DNA of 64,000 nucleotides from assembly GCA_965213925.1 (NCBI GenBank), contig OZ243927.1, positions 2,112,001 to 2,176,000 on the forward strand. The letters are read 5' to 3'. The notes beneath the pieces were generated by a model. That model was not told where the DNA came from. It ran no database searches and saw only the letters and a list, made by a program, of their open reading frames with translations. Source of the stretch: Trueperaceae bacterium (GTDB lineage: Bacteria > Deinococcota > Deinococci > Deinococcales > Trueperaceae). Below, piece after piece: positions 17,719 to 27,952 of the stretch; position 1 is the first letter of the stretch; each line of letters begins with the position of its first letter. The position numbers and the translations under genes are program-made.

Positions 17719-18936
17719 ATGGCGACCTCGCGTAAGCCCCCTACCGGGACAACAGGCGTCGCAGGTTGGTTGCGCGGCAACCTCTTCAATTCGGTGGTCG
17801 ACTCCATTATCACGGTGGTCATGGGCGTACTCATCGTTTGGACGATGTATAACTTTCTGACCTGGGCGTTCTACGCCGCGTCGTGGCAGCAAGTCTGGAA
17901 CAACCTCAAGCTCTTCTCCATCTACCGCTACCCCTTCGACCTCCTGTGGCGTCCGATTTTCGTGATCGGTCTGCTCATGGGTCTTTTAGGGTTTTCGGCA
18001 ACAGCCATTCAAGAAAGTGTCAGTAAAATCTTGAAGGGCGCGTTCTGGCAGTTTTTCGCGCTGCTCGCGCTCATCACAGTGGTCGCGTTCATTACGGGCT
18101 GGGGTGTGCAGGGGTGGTGGCTCGCGGCGAGCGCTCTAGCCCTTGCCGGATATTTCGGCGGGCGCGCCGCGCCTTCACTTGCCGGAACGGTGCCCTGGCT
18201 CTGGCTCGGCGCGCTGGTCATCGCCTTTTTTCTTCTCTACGGTGCGCCGGGCGTGCGCTCCGGTGCGCTGCACGTCGTGCCTGTGCGCGAATGGGGCGGC
18301 ATCATCCTCACGTTTATCCTCACGACGGGCGTTATCGTGAGCTTTCCGCTGGGCGTCGCCTTGGCGCTCGGGCGGCGCAGCAAGCTGCCCGCTATCAAGT
18401 ACTTCTGCATCGGCTTCATCGAGCTGATACGCGGCGCACCGCTTATCTCCTGGCTCTTCATCGCCGCGCTTTTGGTGCCGCTCATTCTTAACATCGATAC
18501 AGCCAGCATCAGCGGTCTCGTGAAAGCGTACGTCGCCGTGACGCTCTTCTCGGCGGCGTACATGGCGGAGAACGTGCGCGGCGGTTTGCAGTCGGTGCCG
18601 AAAGGTCAGCCGGAGGCGGCGAGGGCGCTCGGGCTTTCAGGCTGGCAGACGACGCGCCTCATCGTCTTACCGCAAGCCCTCAAAGCGGTGATTCCTGCGA
18701 TTGTCGGGCAAGCCATCGGGCTCTTCAAGGACACCTCGCTCGTTTTTATCGTCGCCTTGTTCGACGTATTTAACGTGCATAACATCGTCGCCAACCAGGT
18801 CGCCTCGAGGGAGATTACGGGCGGCATCCGGCTCGAGCTATCCCTCTTCCTCGCCGTCTTCTACTTCTTCTTCGCCTTCCGCATGAGCTTGGCAAGTCGG
18901 CAGTTGGAGGAGCAGCTTGGAGTCGGAACGAGGTAG
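17719..18936 (+). CDS. aapM: Amino-acid ABC permease (AapM/BztC type)
   Basis: LALGRRS, IELIRGAPL, AYMAENVRGGLQSVPKGQ and LFKDTSL motifs. Confidence 0.9.
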   Translation: MATSRKPPTGTTGVAGWLRGNLFNSVVDSIITVVMGVLIVWTMYNFLTWAFYAASWQQVWNNLKLFSIYRYPFDLLWRPIFVIGLLMGLLGFSATAIQESVSKILKGAFWQFFALLALITVVAFITGWGVQGWWLAASALALAGYFGGRAAPSLAGTVPWLWLGALVIAFFLLYGAPGVRSGALHVVPVREWGGIILTFILTTGVIVSFPLGVALALGRRSKLPAIKYFCIGFIELIRGAPLISWLFIAALLVPLILNIDTASISGLVKAYVAVTLFSAAYMAENVRGGLQSVPKGQPEAARALGLSGWQTTRLIVLPQALKAVIPAIVGQAIGLFKDTSLVFIVALFDVFNVHNIVANQVASREITGGIRLELSLFLAVFYFFFAFRMSLASRQLEEQLGVGTR

Positions 18937-18976
18937 GAAGGAACGGATACGTTTTCATCAAGGAAAGGATTGAGAG

Positions 18977-19027
18977 AAAAGGACTGAGGACTGAGCAAAA
19001 CTTTTCTCTTTCTCAGTCCTTAGTCCC
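18977..19027. repeat. Heptamer-periodic hairpin (AGGACTG type), copy 1
   Basis: ggactgaggactgag...ctcagtccttagtcc; near-identical arms at 58813-58868. Confidence 0.75.
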
Positions 19028-19089
19028 TTCGCCTTTGGCGAAAACTTCGTAACAGTCCTCTCAACTTTTTTCCTGAAAGGAATACCATT

Positions 19090-19875
19090 ATGGCAACCGC
19101 TTACAGTTCTCTCGCCAAAAACGCCGCCCACGCCCCCGAAGATGGGGAGCGTATCATCGAAGTTGAAGGGCTCAACAAGTGGTTCGGCGACTTTCACGTG
19201 TTAAAAGACATCGAACTTTCTGTCAACAGGGGAGAGGTCGTCGTGGTGATCGGTCCGTCGGGGTCGGGTAAATCCACCTTGATTCGCTGCATCAACCGTC
19301 TGGAGGAGCACCAAGAGGGCAAAATCTTCGTCGATAAGGTTGAACTCACCGATGATGTGAAGAAAATCGACCAAATCCGCCGCGAGACCGGGATGGTCTT
19401 CCAGCAGTTCAACCTCTTTCCGCACCTGACCGTGATGGAGAACATCACCTTAGCGCCGATTCGCGTGCGCGGCTGGAAGAAGTCCAAGGCGGAGGAGCGG
19501 GCGCAGTACTTTTTAGGCAAGGTCGGCATTCCCGAACAAGCCAAGAAGTACCCCGGTCAGCTTTCGGGCGGTCAGCAGCAGCGCGTGGCGATTGCGCGGG
19601 CGCTCACAATGGAGCCCAAAGTGATGCTCTTCGACGAGCCCACCTCGGCGCTCGACCCCGAGGTCATCGGTGAAGTTTTAGAGGTCATGGTCAATCTGGC
19701 GCAAGAGGGGATGACAATGGTCGTGGTGACGCACGAGATGGGGTTTGCTCGCGAAGTGGGCAACCGCGTGATTTTCATGGACGCCGGGCAGATTGTGGAA
19801 GTGGGACCGCCCGAGCACTTCTTTACAAATCCGCAAGAGGAGCGGACGAAGTCGTTTTTGTCGAAGATTCTTTAG
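19090..19875 (+). CDS. aapP: Amino-acid ABC transporter ATP-binding protein
   Basis: [16 protein letters not shown] and [12 protein letters not shown] motifs. Confidence 0.93.
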   Translation: MATAYSSLAKNAAHAPEDGERIIEVEGLNKWFGDFHVLKDIELSVNRGEVVVVIGPSGSGKSTLIRCINRLEEHQEGKIFVDKVELTDDVKKIDQIRRETGMVFQQFNLFPHLTVMENITLAPIRVRGWKKSKAEERAQYFLGKVGIPEQAKKYPGQLSGGQQQRVAIARALTMEPKVMLFDEPTSALDPEVIGEVLEVMVNLAQEGMTMVVVTHEMGFAREVGNRVIFMDAGQIVEVGPPEHFFTNPQEERTKSFLSKIL

Positions 19876-19984
19876 ATTTTACGCCCAGTGTCTCATACCG
19901 ATGGACGCAGGTGCGGTTGGTTCGAAGCCGAATTGGGCGTATAAATCCTCTGCCTTTCCATCAGCGATGAGGCTGAACAAAACC

Positions 19985-20899
19985 CTAACTGCTTGGACTG
20001 GCTCTTAATGCTTCGGTCGCAAGCATGTCACCTGCATCCCAGAGCATTCGTAACTTGGCAAGAATAGGCAAGCAGTCGCGCTCACCTTTTGTTAAAGGAC
20101 GAAGAGACTCGTAGCCCTGAAAAAAGGCTTTCTGCAGCGCGTCAGGTGCATGATAAAAAGGAACCAAATCATAAGCGCGCCAACCATACCTACAATGGTC
20201 AAAATCAAATAAGGTTACGTGATCGCCTTGAAAGTGCATATTGCCGGGGTGCAAGTCACCATGAATAATGCCGTATTCATCCTTTTCAACGCTTAGACTT
20301 TTTACTGCGTTCACCAAGTCGGGTATGGAAGGTAGAGAGGCGAGAAGCTCTTGTGCTTGGTCACTATTGTCTTTCTCGAGCAATCTCAGCGGTTCATCCA
20401 CGAGATATCTGAGATTCAGATGATAGCGTTCATAGTTTGAAGAAAAGTCATTAGCGGCAAGATGAAAAGCGGCAATCGTTTTCCCTATTTCTAAACTTTC
20501 TTCAACCGTAATAGATTCTTCACTTACTTCTCCGCCTAGAGCAAATGAAAAAAGTGCCGTAGCTCGTTCGCCCAAAGCAGTGGAAGTCCAGCCAAGCAAC
20601 TCACCATTATTCATGCGGATGGGATAAGAAACAGGGATATTTTGTGTCCGTAAATAGTCGAGCAGGTCAAGCTCAAACTGAAAAGCTTCAGGTGAGTCAA
20701 CGTAGTATTTTCCGTTCAAGTATACCCTGAAGATATACCTTTTTTCTCCAGCCGTAAGAAGGTAGTGGTCGTTAAAACCACGTCTGATCAAGGTGCAAGT
20801 TTGTGGTGTATCTAAAGAATAGTTAGTTCGCACAATCTCGAGTACTTCATCTGAATTGAGTAAGGTGTTCATGGATTTACCTACAGAGGATTCAGGCAT
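19985..20899 (-). CDS. APH / type II homoserine kinase-like phosphotransferase
   Basis: IIHGDLHPGN and LFDFD kinase motifs; lower GC; ATG at 20899 overlaps the upstream stop (TAATG). Confidence 0.85.
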   Translation of the reverse strand: MPESSVGKSMNTLLNSDEVLEIVRTNYSLDTPQTCTLIRRGFNDHYLLTAGEKRYIFRVYLNGKYYVDSPEAFQFELDLLDYLRTQNIPVSYPIRMNNGELLGWTSTALGERATALFSFALGGEVSEESITVEESLEIGKTIAAFHLAANDFSSNYERYHLNLRYLVDEPLRLLEKDNSDQAQELLASLPSIPDLVNAVKSLSVEKDEYGIIHGDLHPGNMHFQGDHVTLFDFDHCRYGWRAYDLVPFYHAPDALQKAFFQGYESLRPLTKGERDCLPILAKLRMLWDAGDMLATEALRASPSS

Positions 20900-21114
20900 T
20901 ACGCATCTTTGCCGAGCCAAAACTCGTCTGGGAGCGGCTCGTCAAAATCGTCACTCGTAATCGTTTGACCTTCGTGTAATCCTGCGACGCGAGCGGCTTG
21001 GCGTGAGACTTGCTCACCCCGCTTCTCGAGCAAAAACGCCGCAAAGTCGTAAACTTCCCGTTGCAGCTTGGCGGGCAGTTGGTCGATGAGGGTGTGTAGG
21101 CTCGAGCTATCCAT
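20899..21114 (-). CDS. DUF2281-like small antitoxin-family protein
   Basis: LPAKLQREVYDFAAFL...AGLHEG...SDDFDEPLPDEFW pattern; TAAAAT 6 nt before the ATG. Confidence 0.75.
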   Translation of the reverse strand: MDSSSLHTLIDQLPAKLQREVYDFAAFLLEKRGEQVSRQAARVAGLHEGQTITSDDFDEPLPDEFWLGKDA

Positions 21115-21190
21115 AAGGCTATTTTACCTCTTTCCACCCACCTATTACGCTTTCGGAGCGTCTAACTTGAGGGCGACGCGCAACGTTTAG

Positions 21191-21460
21191 TTAAGGCGCA
21201 GACTGAGACGAAGACGACTCATCAGGAATAAGCTCAATCAGCCCTCGTAGGGCTTTATTCACAGCCTCTGATGTAGGAAAGTACTTGCGCACGTCAGGGT
21301 CTAATTCAATCGCGGGTGCAATAGTTTCTTCGGTGACTGTACCATCAGTTTGACGAATTCTTACCGTTTGTGGCTGTCCAATCAGATGCTGATGTTTACC
21401 TCTTACACCTTGTGAGAAATCATAGTGGTCGCGCATCGTATTATCGGCTTCCTTGCTCAT
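21191..21460 (-). CDS. BrnA-like antitoxin
   Basis: MRDHYDFSQGVRGK...LDPDV...F...EAVNKALR; overlaps the upstream toxin gene. Confidence 0.75.
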   Translation of the reverse strand: MSKEADNTMRDHYDFSQGVRGKHQHLIGQPQTVRIRQTDGTVTEETIAPAIELDPDVRKYFPTSEAVNKALRGLIELIPDESSSSQSAP

Positions 21461-21722
21461 AGATTCTCCTTTCTTGTATATTGGCTCTGCGGCAGCTAAT
21501 GATGCGAATAATATCTAAACGCTCAGCATAAACAACAATTAGAACATGGCGTTTGGCAAATCCCAAAAGCACAAAGCGTTCCTCTTCAATGGAGTGGTCC
21601 GGGTCGGGTAAGGTGATGTTGAACGGGTCTAAGAATGCTAATCGTGCTTCATCAAAGGAAACGCCATGTTTTTGCTGATTGGAGGTGTTTTTATCAGCAT
21701 CCCATTCAAAGATTGGCGTCAC
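21441..21722 (-). CDS. brnT: BrnT family ribonuclease toxin (DUF497)
   Basis: FEWDADKNTSNQQKHGVSFDEA...EERF..LG...IRIISCRRA; TATAAT 6 nt before the GTG. Confidence 0.9.
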   Translation of the reverse strand: MTPIFEWDADKNTSNQQKHGVSFDEARLAFLDPFNITLPDPDHSIEEERFVLLGFAKRHVLIVVYAERLDIIRIISCRRANIQERRIYEQGSR

Positions 21723-21935
21723 AAGGTGATTATACCGCTTAGAGGTACAAAATAGGCGAGCTTTATTTATATTTCACGAAGCTCACGCTTAAACTAAGAC
21801 CGTCACATCAAATTAACAGTACAATTCGCAAATCATTAACGCTCGTATTTATCGTCCCTACTTTTGAAGCGCGTTTCGCTCCCTAAATAGCCGTGATGTC
21901 GTACCTTTGTTATATTCGGCAGGAGCGTTCACCGC

Positions 21936-22670
21936 CTACGCGCCGACGAACCGTCCCTCTTGTACCCTTTCCACAAACGCTCTAAAGGGCGCAGCGTGCT
22001 CCGGGTAGTGCCCAAAGCTCATCTCGGGGTGCCACTGCACGCCTACGACGTAATGCTGTGAGGTGCTCTCGATCGCCTCGACCACGCCGTCGCTGCTTCT
22101 CGCGGTGACGCGCAAGTCTTCGCCCAAACGTTCGACGGCTTGGTGGTGGTACGAGTTGGTGCGGATGATGTTGGAGCCGAACGCGCGGGCGAGGTGCGAG
22201 TCGGGCTCCAGCCTCACCCCGTGCGAAGGCGCACCGCCGATGTTGGTTTGCTCGTGTTGGATGGCGTTTTCCAGGTCGGGCACGTGTTGGTGCAAAGTGC
22301 CACCTTGCGCCACGTTGACGAGCTGGATGCCTCGGCAAATCCCTAAAACGGGCAAGTTTCGCGCTTTGGCGGCGCGGTATAAGGCAAGCTCGAAGTGGTC
22401 TCTGGACGGGTCCACAACGCCCAACTCCGGGTGCGGCTCCGCGCCGTAAAAGCCGGGATCAACGTCGATGCCGCCCGTGAAAAGGACGCCGTCCGCGCTC
22501 TCGACAAACGCTTCAGCTATATCCGGTTCCAGGTTGCTTGCGAACAGGGGGAGCCCGCCCGCTTGCGCGACGGCTTCGGCGTAGTTTTGTCCGCCGACGG
22601 AGTCGGTGCGGCGCAAGCTGTGGTTACGGAAGCTCGAGGCGGTCGTGATGAGAATACGAGGGCGCGTCAT
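21936..22670 (-). CDS. Peptidase C26 / gamma-glutamyl-gamma-aminobutyrate hydrolase family protein
   Basis: LFTGGIDV, LGICRGIQ, NSYHHQAV and GVQWHPE (class I GATase triad). Confidence 0.92.
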   Translation of the reverse strand: MTRPRILITTASSFRNHSLRRTDSVGGQNYAEAVAQAGGLPLFASNLEPDIAEAFVESADGVLFTGGIDVDPGFYGAEPHPELGVVDPSRDHFELALYRAAKARNLPVLGICRGIQLVNVAQGGTLHQHVPDLENAIQHEQTNIGGAPSHGVRLEPDSHLARAFGSNIIRTNSYHHQAVERLGEDLRVTARSSDGVVEAIESTSQHYVVGVQWHPEMSFGHYPEHAAPFRAFVERVQEGRFVGA

Positions 22671-22779
22671 CTGCGTAGCTTATCAAGTTGAGAAAGGGTC
22701 GAACGTGTCCAACCGAACAGCCTTCTTAGGCGAGATGGAGAATTGAAATTCTTTACGTCTCAGCCTGGGACTCGAACCC

Positions 22780-23520
22780 TCAGGCGGTGAGGATCATCGG
22801 TCTGCCCTTTGTGATCACGACCGTATGCTCGAAGTGCGCGGTGAGGCTGCCGTCCCTCGTGCCGACCGTCCAGCCGTCTGCTCTCGTCTGAACGCGACCT
22901 GGATTCACCGACACCATTGGTTCGACCGCGAGCACTAAGCCGCTCGTGAGCGGCGCGCGGTCTTGGGCGCGGTAAAAGTTGAGCACCGAGGGCTCCTCGT
23001 GAATCGTGCGCCCCAAGCTGTGACCGGACAGTTCGCGGATGACGTGGAAGCCGCGCCGCTTGACCTCCCTCTCGACGGCTCGCCCGATGGCGTGGAGCGG
23101 TCTGCCTGCTCTAGCGACCTTCATCGCAGACCAAAAAGCGGCTTCGGCGCAGGCGGTGAGGGCTTTCGTGTGTTCCTCGGCGGGCGGCACGACCACGGTG
23201 ACGGCGGCGTCCGCGATAAAGCCCGCGACGAACGGCGTCACGTCGAGCTTGACCACATCGTTCGCGCGGAGCGGTCGCAGCGTCGGCAGCCCGTGCACGA
23301 CGTCGTCATTGACCGAGATAAAGGCGTGGACGGGCGCGCCGTAGACGAGGCGCGGCGCGGAAACCGCGCCATGTTTGGCGAAGACGCCGCTGCAGAGCGC
23401 GTCGAGTTCGGCGGGCGTCACGCCTGACCTTATAGCCTCTTTCATCGCCCGCAGCGCCTCGGCGACCACTGCGCCCGCACGTTTCATCGCCTTGAGTTCA
23501 GCTTCTGTGCCGATAGACAT
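22780..23520 (-). CDS. map: Methionine aminopeptidase type I
   Basis: [37 protein letters not shown] and HFEHTV motifs. Confidence 0.92.
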   Translation of the reverse strand: MSIGTEAELKAMKRAGAVVAEALRAMKEAIRSGVTPAELDALCSGVFAKHGAVSAPRLVYGAPVHAFISVNDDVVHGLPTLRPLRANDVVKLDVTPFVAGFIADAAVTVVVPPAEEHTKALTACAEAAFWSAMKVARAGRPLHAIGRAVEREVKRRGFHVIRELSGHSLGRTIHEEPSVLNFYRAQDRAPLTSGLVLAVEPMVSVNPGRVQTRADGWTVGTRDGSLTAHFEHTVVITKGRPMILTA

Positions 23521-23554
23521 CGTCTCTCCTCAATTTCGTTAGGCGTTGGGCTCT

Positions 23555-24022
23555 TTAGGCGTTCGGTCTCAGCAGATGCTCCAAGCAGGGTTGATAGGTC
23601 ACGCCCTGCCTGAAGTCCGCTGCAAGGTCCTCTATCGTCACCTCCGAAAGCGCCGCTAGGAGCGCGTCCCGGACGCGCTGCCAGACCGAGGTGCGGGCGT
23701 GGCAGCGCTCCTCCTCCTTACACGGCTCGTGCCAGTTAAGGCTGACGCACGAGAGCGGCGCGACGGGTCCGTCGATCGCCCGCATCACGTCGCGCAGGGT
23801 GATGAGGTGCGCTTCGCGTCTCAGCGCGTAGCCGCCGCCTGTGCCCTTTTTCGAGGCGACGATGTCCTTGGCAGAAAGCTGCGCTAAGATGCGCACCAAA
23901 TAGGGACGCGCTACCCCCGTCGCCTCGCTGATTTCGTCGCTACCGACCCAGCGTCCGGGGGGCTGCGTTCCTAGAAAGCCCAGCGCTTGAAAGGCGTAGA
24001 TGTCCGTCGCGGAAAGCCTCAT
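23555..24022 (-). CDS. Rrf2 family transcriptional regulator
   Basis: [11 protein letters not shown] winged helix and three Cys residues (LSC, EPC, ERC); TATAAT 6 nt before ATG 24022. Confidence 0.88.
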   Translation of the reverse strand: MRLSATDIYAFQALGFLGTQPPGRWVGSDEISEATGVARPYLVRILAQLSAKDIVASKKGTGGGYALRREAHLITLRDVMRAIDGPVAPLSCVSLNWHEPCKEEERCHARTSVWQRVRDALLAALSEVTIEDLAADFRQGVTYQPCLEHLLRPNA

Positions 24023-24136
24023 GGCCGCATTATACGCTGCGAGACGCAACCTGATTTAACGTCTGCTGCAGCGCGCGCCGTCCCCTCGAGTGTTCCGCAC
24101 GAGTCTACCCAGCCCCCCTTAGTTCATTTTCCCAGC

Positions 24137-24594
24137 TCATCCCCTTAGCTCATCCGGGGTCGGCGGCTGAAACCAGTCTAGCCACTCCCTGAGTTTCGCC
24201 TCGGGAATGTAGGCCGCACCCTCTTGCAGTTCGGCGTTTCGCTCCACGAGGCGCGCTAATAGAACTTCTGCAGGCACGTCCAGATAGTGAAGGTCGCTCT
24301 TCGCGCCTAACGCCGCCGCGCGCGCGGTAGTCCTCCCTCTCGCCCCTGCTCCAAAAACCGAAGTCCAGTATCACGTCCACGCCAAGCGTGAGAACGCGCG
24401 CCGCCACCCCCCAGAGCAGGGCTTCGATAAGGTGGTGTCTCGCGTCGTGTTCCGCCTCCATCACATCATGACCGAATAGGCGGACGTGCCACTCGTCGGG
24501 CGTTAAGCGCAGGGCGGAGGCGCTATGCTAGCCCCTTAGCGTACGTCGTCTTGCCCGAGCAGGGGAGACCACAGATGAGGTGAAGCGTCGGCAT
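24137..24594 (-). pseudogene. Frameshifted AAA_33-like P-loop kinase
   Basis: MPTLHLICGLPCSGKTTYAK, then a stop/frameshift; LRLTPDEWH...VDVILDFGFWSRGER in a second frame; LHYLDVP...WFQPPTPDE in a third frame. Confidence 0.8.
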
Positions 24595-24709
24595 AGAACC
24601 ATCTAAACACGTCGGCGAGCAACCGTGACGCTGCAACGCGCGGACACGCCTTCGAGCCCTATATGAAGTTTCTCATGGCGAAGTGGACAAGGTGCGGATA
24701 GGCTTAAAC

Positions 24710-25777
24710 ATGGAGTCCACAAGTCATACCGATGTGCGCGTCGGGGCGCTTCGCCGTACTCAACTGCTTGATACGCCGCCCGAAGCCGCCTTCGACCGCC
24801 TGACCTCTCTGGTCTGTATGCTCCTAAAGGCTCCGGTCTCGCTCGTGTCGCTCGTCGACTCGGACCGACAGTTCTTCAAAAGCGCGAGCGGGCTCGCCGA
24901 GCCGTGGGCGAGCCTCCGAGAAGCGCCCCTGTCGGGCGCGTTCTGTAAACACGTCGTCGACAGCCAAATGCCCCTCTCCGTAGAGGACACCGCCGCACCT
25001 GCGTGGCTCCAGTTCAGCCCCGCGGCCAAAGCGATGAATATCGGCGCGTACTTAGGCGTCCCCCTCTTCACGCCCGAAGGTCAGCCCGTCGGGACGCTCT
25101 GCGCGCTTGACTGCGAGCCGCGGACGTGGTCAGAGCACGACCTCTGCGTGCTCGGCGAACTCGCCGCTATCGCGATGTCAGAAGTCGCGGCGCGGCGCTA
25201 CCGGCTCGAGCGTGACGCTGCTGAGGCGGCGCTCCACCACCTCGCCTACCACGACGCCTTGACGGGTCTTCCTAACCGCGCTTTTCTGCTGCCCTATCTA
25301 ACCCGCGCGCTCGAGCAAGGACGGGCGCGCGCCGTGCTCTTTTTAGACCTCGACGACTTCAAAGCGCTCAACGACTCGCTCGGTCATTCGTTCGGCGACG
25401 AGGTGTTGCAGCGCGTCGCACAGAGGCTGCAGCGTGCGGTCGGGGCGAACGACGTGGTGGCGCGACTCGGCGGCGACGAGTTCGTCGTGGTGCTCACGTC
25501 ACCTCACACGCTGGATACCGCCGCCGCGACCGAGGTGCTCCTCGCCGCCGTCGGTCAACCGCTTTCGTTAGCAGGGCGCGTGATCAAACTCACCGCGAGC
25601 GTCGGGGTGACGACGCCCCGACGCGGCGAGAGCGCCGAAGAGACGCTGCGCCGCGCCGACCTCGCGATGTACGGGTCGAAGCGCAAGGGCAAAGGAACGC
25701 TGAGCTTCTCCCCGCAGCTAGGCGACAGAGACGATAGAGCGGTGGGGCGTCAAAGGCGCTCGGTCTCACGGTGGTAG
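24710..25777 (+). CDS. GAF + GGDEF diguanylate cyclase
   Basis: LLDTPPEAAFDRLT GAF domain; DALTGLPNR, DLDDFKALNDSLGH and an intact RLGGDEF motif. Confidence 0.9.
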   Translation: MESTSHTDVRVGALRRTQLLDTPPEAAFDRLTSLVCMLLKAPVSLVSLVDSDRQFFKSASGLAEPWASLREAPLSGAFCKHVVDSQMPLSVEDTAAPAWLQFSPAAKAMNIGAYLGVPLFTPEGQPVGTLCALDCEPRTWSEHDLCVLGELAAIAMSEVAARRYRLERDAAEAALHHLAYHDALTGLPNRAFLLPYLTRALEQGRARAVLFLDLDDFKALNDSLGHSFGDEVLQRVAQRLQRAVGANDVVARLGGDEFVVVLTSPHTLDTAAATEVLLAAVGQPLSLAGRVIKLTASVGVTTPRRGESAEETLRRADLAMYGSKRKGKGTLSFSPQLGDRDDRAVGRQRRSVSRW

Positions 25778-25915
25778 TCGAAGGGGATCGAGACCCCGTG
25801 GTAGCGCGAGTTGGCCTTGGCGGGCTGCGAGGAGGGGCAGGGGTTCTTCTACAGCCGCGCGCTCCGAACAGCGGCGTTCGAACAGCAGTTTTTGACCCCC
25901 CGAGGGTAGGTCGAG

Positions 25916-25987
25916 GCTCGAGCCGCTCGGCGTACGTGCGTCTAACATGAGCAGGGGAGACCGCGAATGAGGTAAAGCGTAGACGTA
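25916..25987 (-). pseudogene. Second relic of the 5' end of the AAA_33-like kinase gene
   Basis: acgctttacctcattcgcggtctcccctgctc aligns with acgcttcacctcatctgtggtctcccctgctc near 24590; translates as TLYLIRGLPCS. Confidence 0.7.
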
Positions 25988-26016
25988 CCTTGTGGCAAGT
26001 GACAATTTGAAAGTCG

Positions 26017-26424
26017 TCAGGGCAATGACTCGGTCGTCCCTCGCCCCAGAAAGTGCGTGTAGGTGCTGCCGTGAGCGTGTAAGATACCACCTACTTGACG
26101 TTTATCTTTAGGGTCGCCAAGTTGTACGGCGATGAAAGACGCGCCCTCCTTGACCTTCTCCTCATAGCGGTTCAACATGTCGCGCTCTTCCGTCAGGTGT
26201 TGCAAGGCGCGGTATAGACGCGCCAAGGGACCGTGATGCTCGCCTTTAACGTCGAGCAAGTTGAGCGCGCCTTCACCTCTGGCGTACCACAGGTTCTCGC
26301 CGAATCCGGCCTCATCAAGCTCTCTCACGGCCGCCTCAGCCTCATCTGCATTTTCGATAATGCTCGTTACGTGGTTCGCCGGGTAGAGCCGGAACTTGTC
26401 CGTGTTGCGAAAAGGTGCGCTCAT
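26017..26424 (-). CDS. Hypothetical protein
   Basis: 135-aa ORF with GAGGAGA SD and plausible composition; family not recognised. Confidence 0.7.
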   Translation of the reverse strand: MSAPFRNTDKFRLYPANHVTSIIENADEAEAAVRELDEAGFGENLWYARGEGALNLLDVKGEHHGPLARLYRALQHLTEERDMLNRYEEKVKEGASFIAVQLGDPKDKRQVGGILHAHGSTYTHFLGRGTTESLP

Positions 26425-26605
26425 AGTAATCTCTCCTCGAGTAGGATTTAGCTCAACATAAGCTCACCTTCTGCTGTAGTCAAGGGTTTATCAAAGCATT
26501 TCAACTAGTCGGCATCTCAGGTTTTCCTGACCGGCTGATAAGCTGACCCGCTTCGTCACGATACTCTGTTACCTATCTCTCCCTAAACCTTTGCTACACT
26601 CACCC

Positions 26606-27757
26606 ATGTCTCTCCTAAACAAACCCCCGGCAATCTTGGCGCTCGAGGACGGCACCCTCTACCCCGGCTACGCCTTCGGCTATCACGGCGAGACGGTCGG
26701 CGAGATCGTCTTTAACACCGCCATGACGGGCTACCAAGAAATTTTGACCGACCCCTCCTACCACGGGCAAATCGTCACCATGACCTATCCGCACATCGGC
26801 AACTACGGCGTGTCGGTCTACGACATGGAGTCGAATAGACCCTTCGCAAAGGGCTTTATCGTCCGCGAATATTCCCGCGTCGCGAGTAACCACCGCTCGA
26901 ATCAGGATTTACAGAGTTTTATGGACGAGCATAAGATCGTGGGCATCGAAGGGGTGGACACGCGCGCCCTGACGCGGCGATTACGTGAAGGGGGCGTAGT
27001 CAAGGGCGTTATCTACCACGGCGAGACGGACGAGGCGCGGCGCGCCGAACTGGTGGGGCGGGCGCAAGACCACGAGGACATCGACGGGCGCGACATGACC
27101 CCGGAAGTCACGACGCCGCTCCCGTACGCCCGCCCGACCTTCAAGGACAACCCCCGCGTCGCGGTCATCGACTTCGGCATCAAGCATTCGATTGTGTATA
27201 AGCTCGAGCAAGCCGGCGCAGAGGTTATCGTCGTCCCGGCGCAAACCACGCCCGCACAGATCATGGCTCTAAACCCTTACGGGCTCGTCATCGCCAACGG
27301 TCCCGGCGACCCGAACGGTCCCAAGTACGCCCACGACACCGTGTGGCAGATGTTGGGGCTGTTGCCGACTTACGGGATTTGCATGGGACATCAGCTTTTA
27401 GGTTTAGCTGTGGGCGGCAAGACCTACAAGCTCAAGCACGGGCATCACGGCGCGAACACGCCCGTGAAAAACCTCGTCACTGGCGAGGTCGAAATCACCT
27501 CGCAGAACCACAACTACGCGGTGGATATAGGCTCCATTCCTGGCGGGCAGTTCCGCGCGACGCACATCAACCTCAATGACGGGACGTTAGAAGGCATGGC
27601 GCACGTGCGCTACCCCGTTTTCAGCGTGCAGTATCACCCCGAGGCGAGCCCCGGTCCGCACGACGCGTCGTACTCGTTTAAGCGCTTTATCGAAGAGGTG
27701 AATGCGTTTGAGGGGGCGACGGCGCTGCCAGCGGTGCGGGAGTTGGGCGAATTCTGA
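26606..27757 (+). CDS. carA: Carbamoyl-phosphate synthase small subunit
   Basis: [48 protein letters not shown] and [10 protein letters not shown] motifs; TACACT 5 nt before the ATG. Confidence 0.96.
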   Translation: MSLLNKPPAILALEDGTLYPGYAFGYHGETVGEIVFNTAMTGYQEILTDPSYHGQIVTMTYPHIGNYGVSVYDMESNRPFAKGFIVREYSRVASNHRSNQDLQSFMDEHKIVGIEGVDTRALTRRLREGGVVKGVIYHGETDEARRAELVGRAQDHEDIDGRDMTPEVTTPLPYARPTFKDNPRVAVIDFGIKHSIVYKLEQAGAEVIVVPAQTTPAQIMALNPYGLVIANGPGDPNGPKYAHDTVWQMLGLLPTYGICMGHQLLGLAVGGKTYKLKHGHHGANTPVKNLVTGEVEITSQNHNYAVDIGSIPGGQFRATHINLNDGTLEGMAHVRYPVFSVQYHPEASPGPHDASYSFKRFIEEVNAFEGATALPAVRELGEF

Positions 27758-27952
27758 TAGGTGCTAAGGGGAACCTCTGTGCTGCTCTTTAGTTGGTTGA
27801 GGTGCTAAGTGAAAGAGAGACTACAGAGGCGTATTTCATGAGCTTCGCCTCTTCTAAACTGCCGCTTTCCAGCATGACGCGGTTAGCGGCGTCACGTCCT
27901 TCGCGACGGAAGAATTCAGTGCGGCTGAGTAGAACGGGTTGCGCGAGCTGCG

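Noticed and set aside
22767..22779. GGGTTCGAGTCCC on the minus strand, considered as a tRNA fragment or att site
   Set aside because: Only a 13-nt T-arm-like hairpin at the map stop. There is no cloverleaf, no integrase and no match to the two tRNAs here.
26606..27757. carA without an adjacent carB
   Set aside because: Unlinked carA and carB are not unusual, and carB is presumably outside the window.
27790..27950. Open minus-strand frame downstream of the lipid kinase gene
   Set aside because: No convincing start or SD and no recognisable motif.
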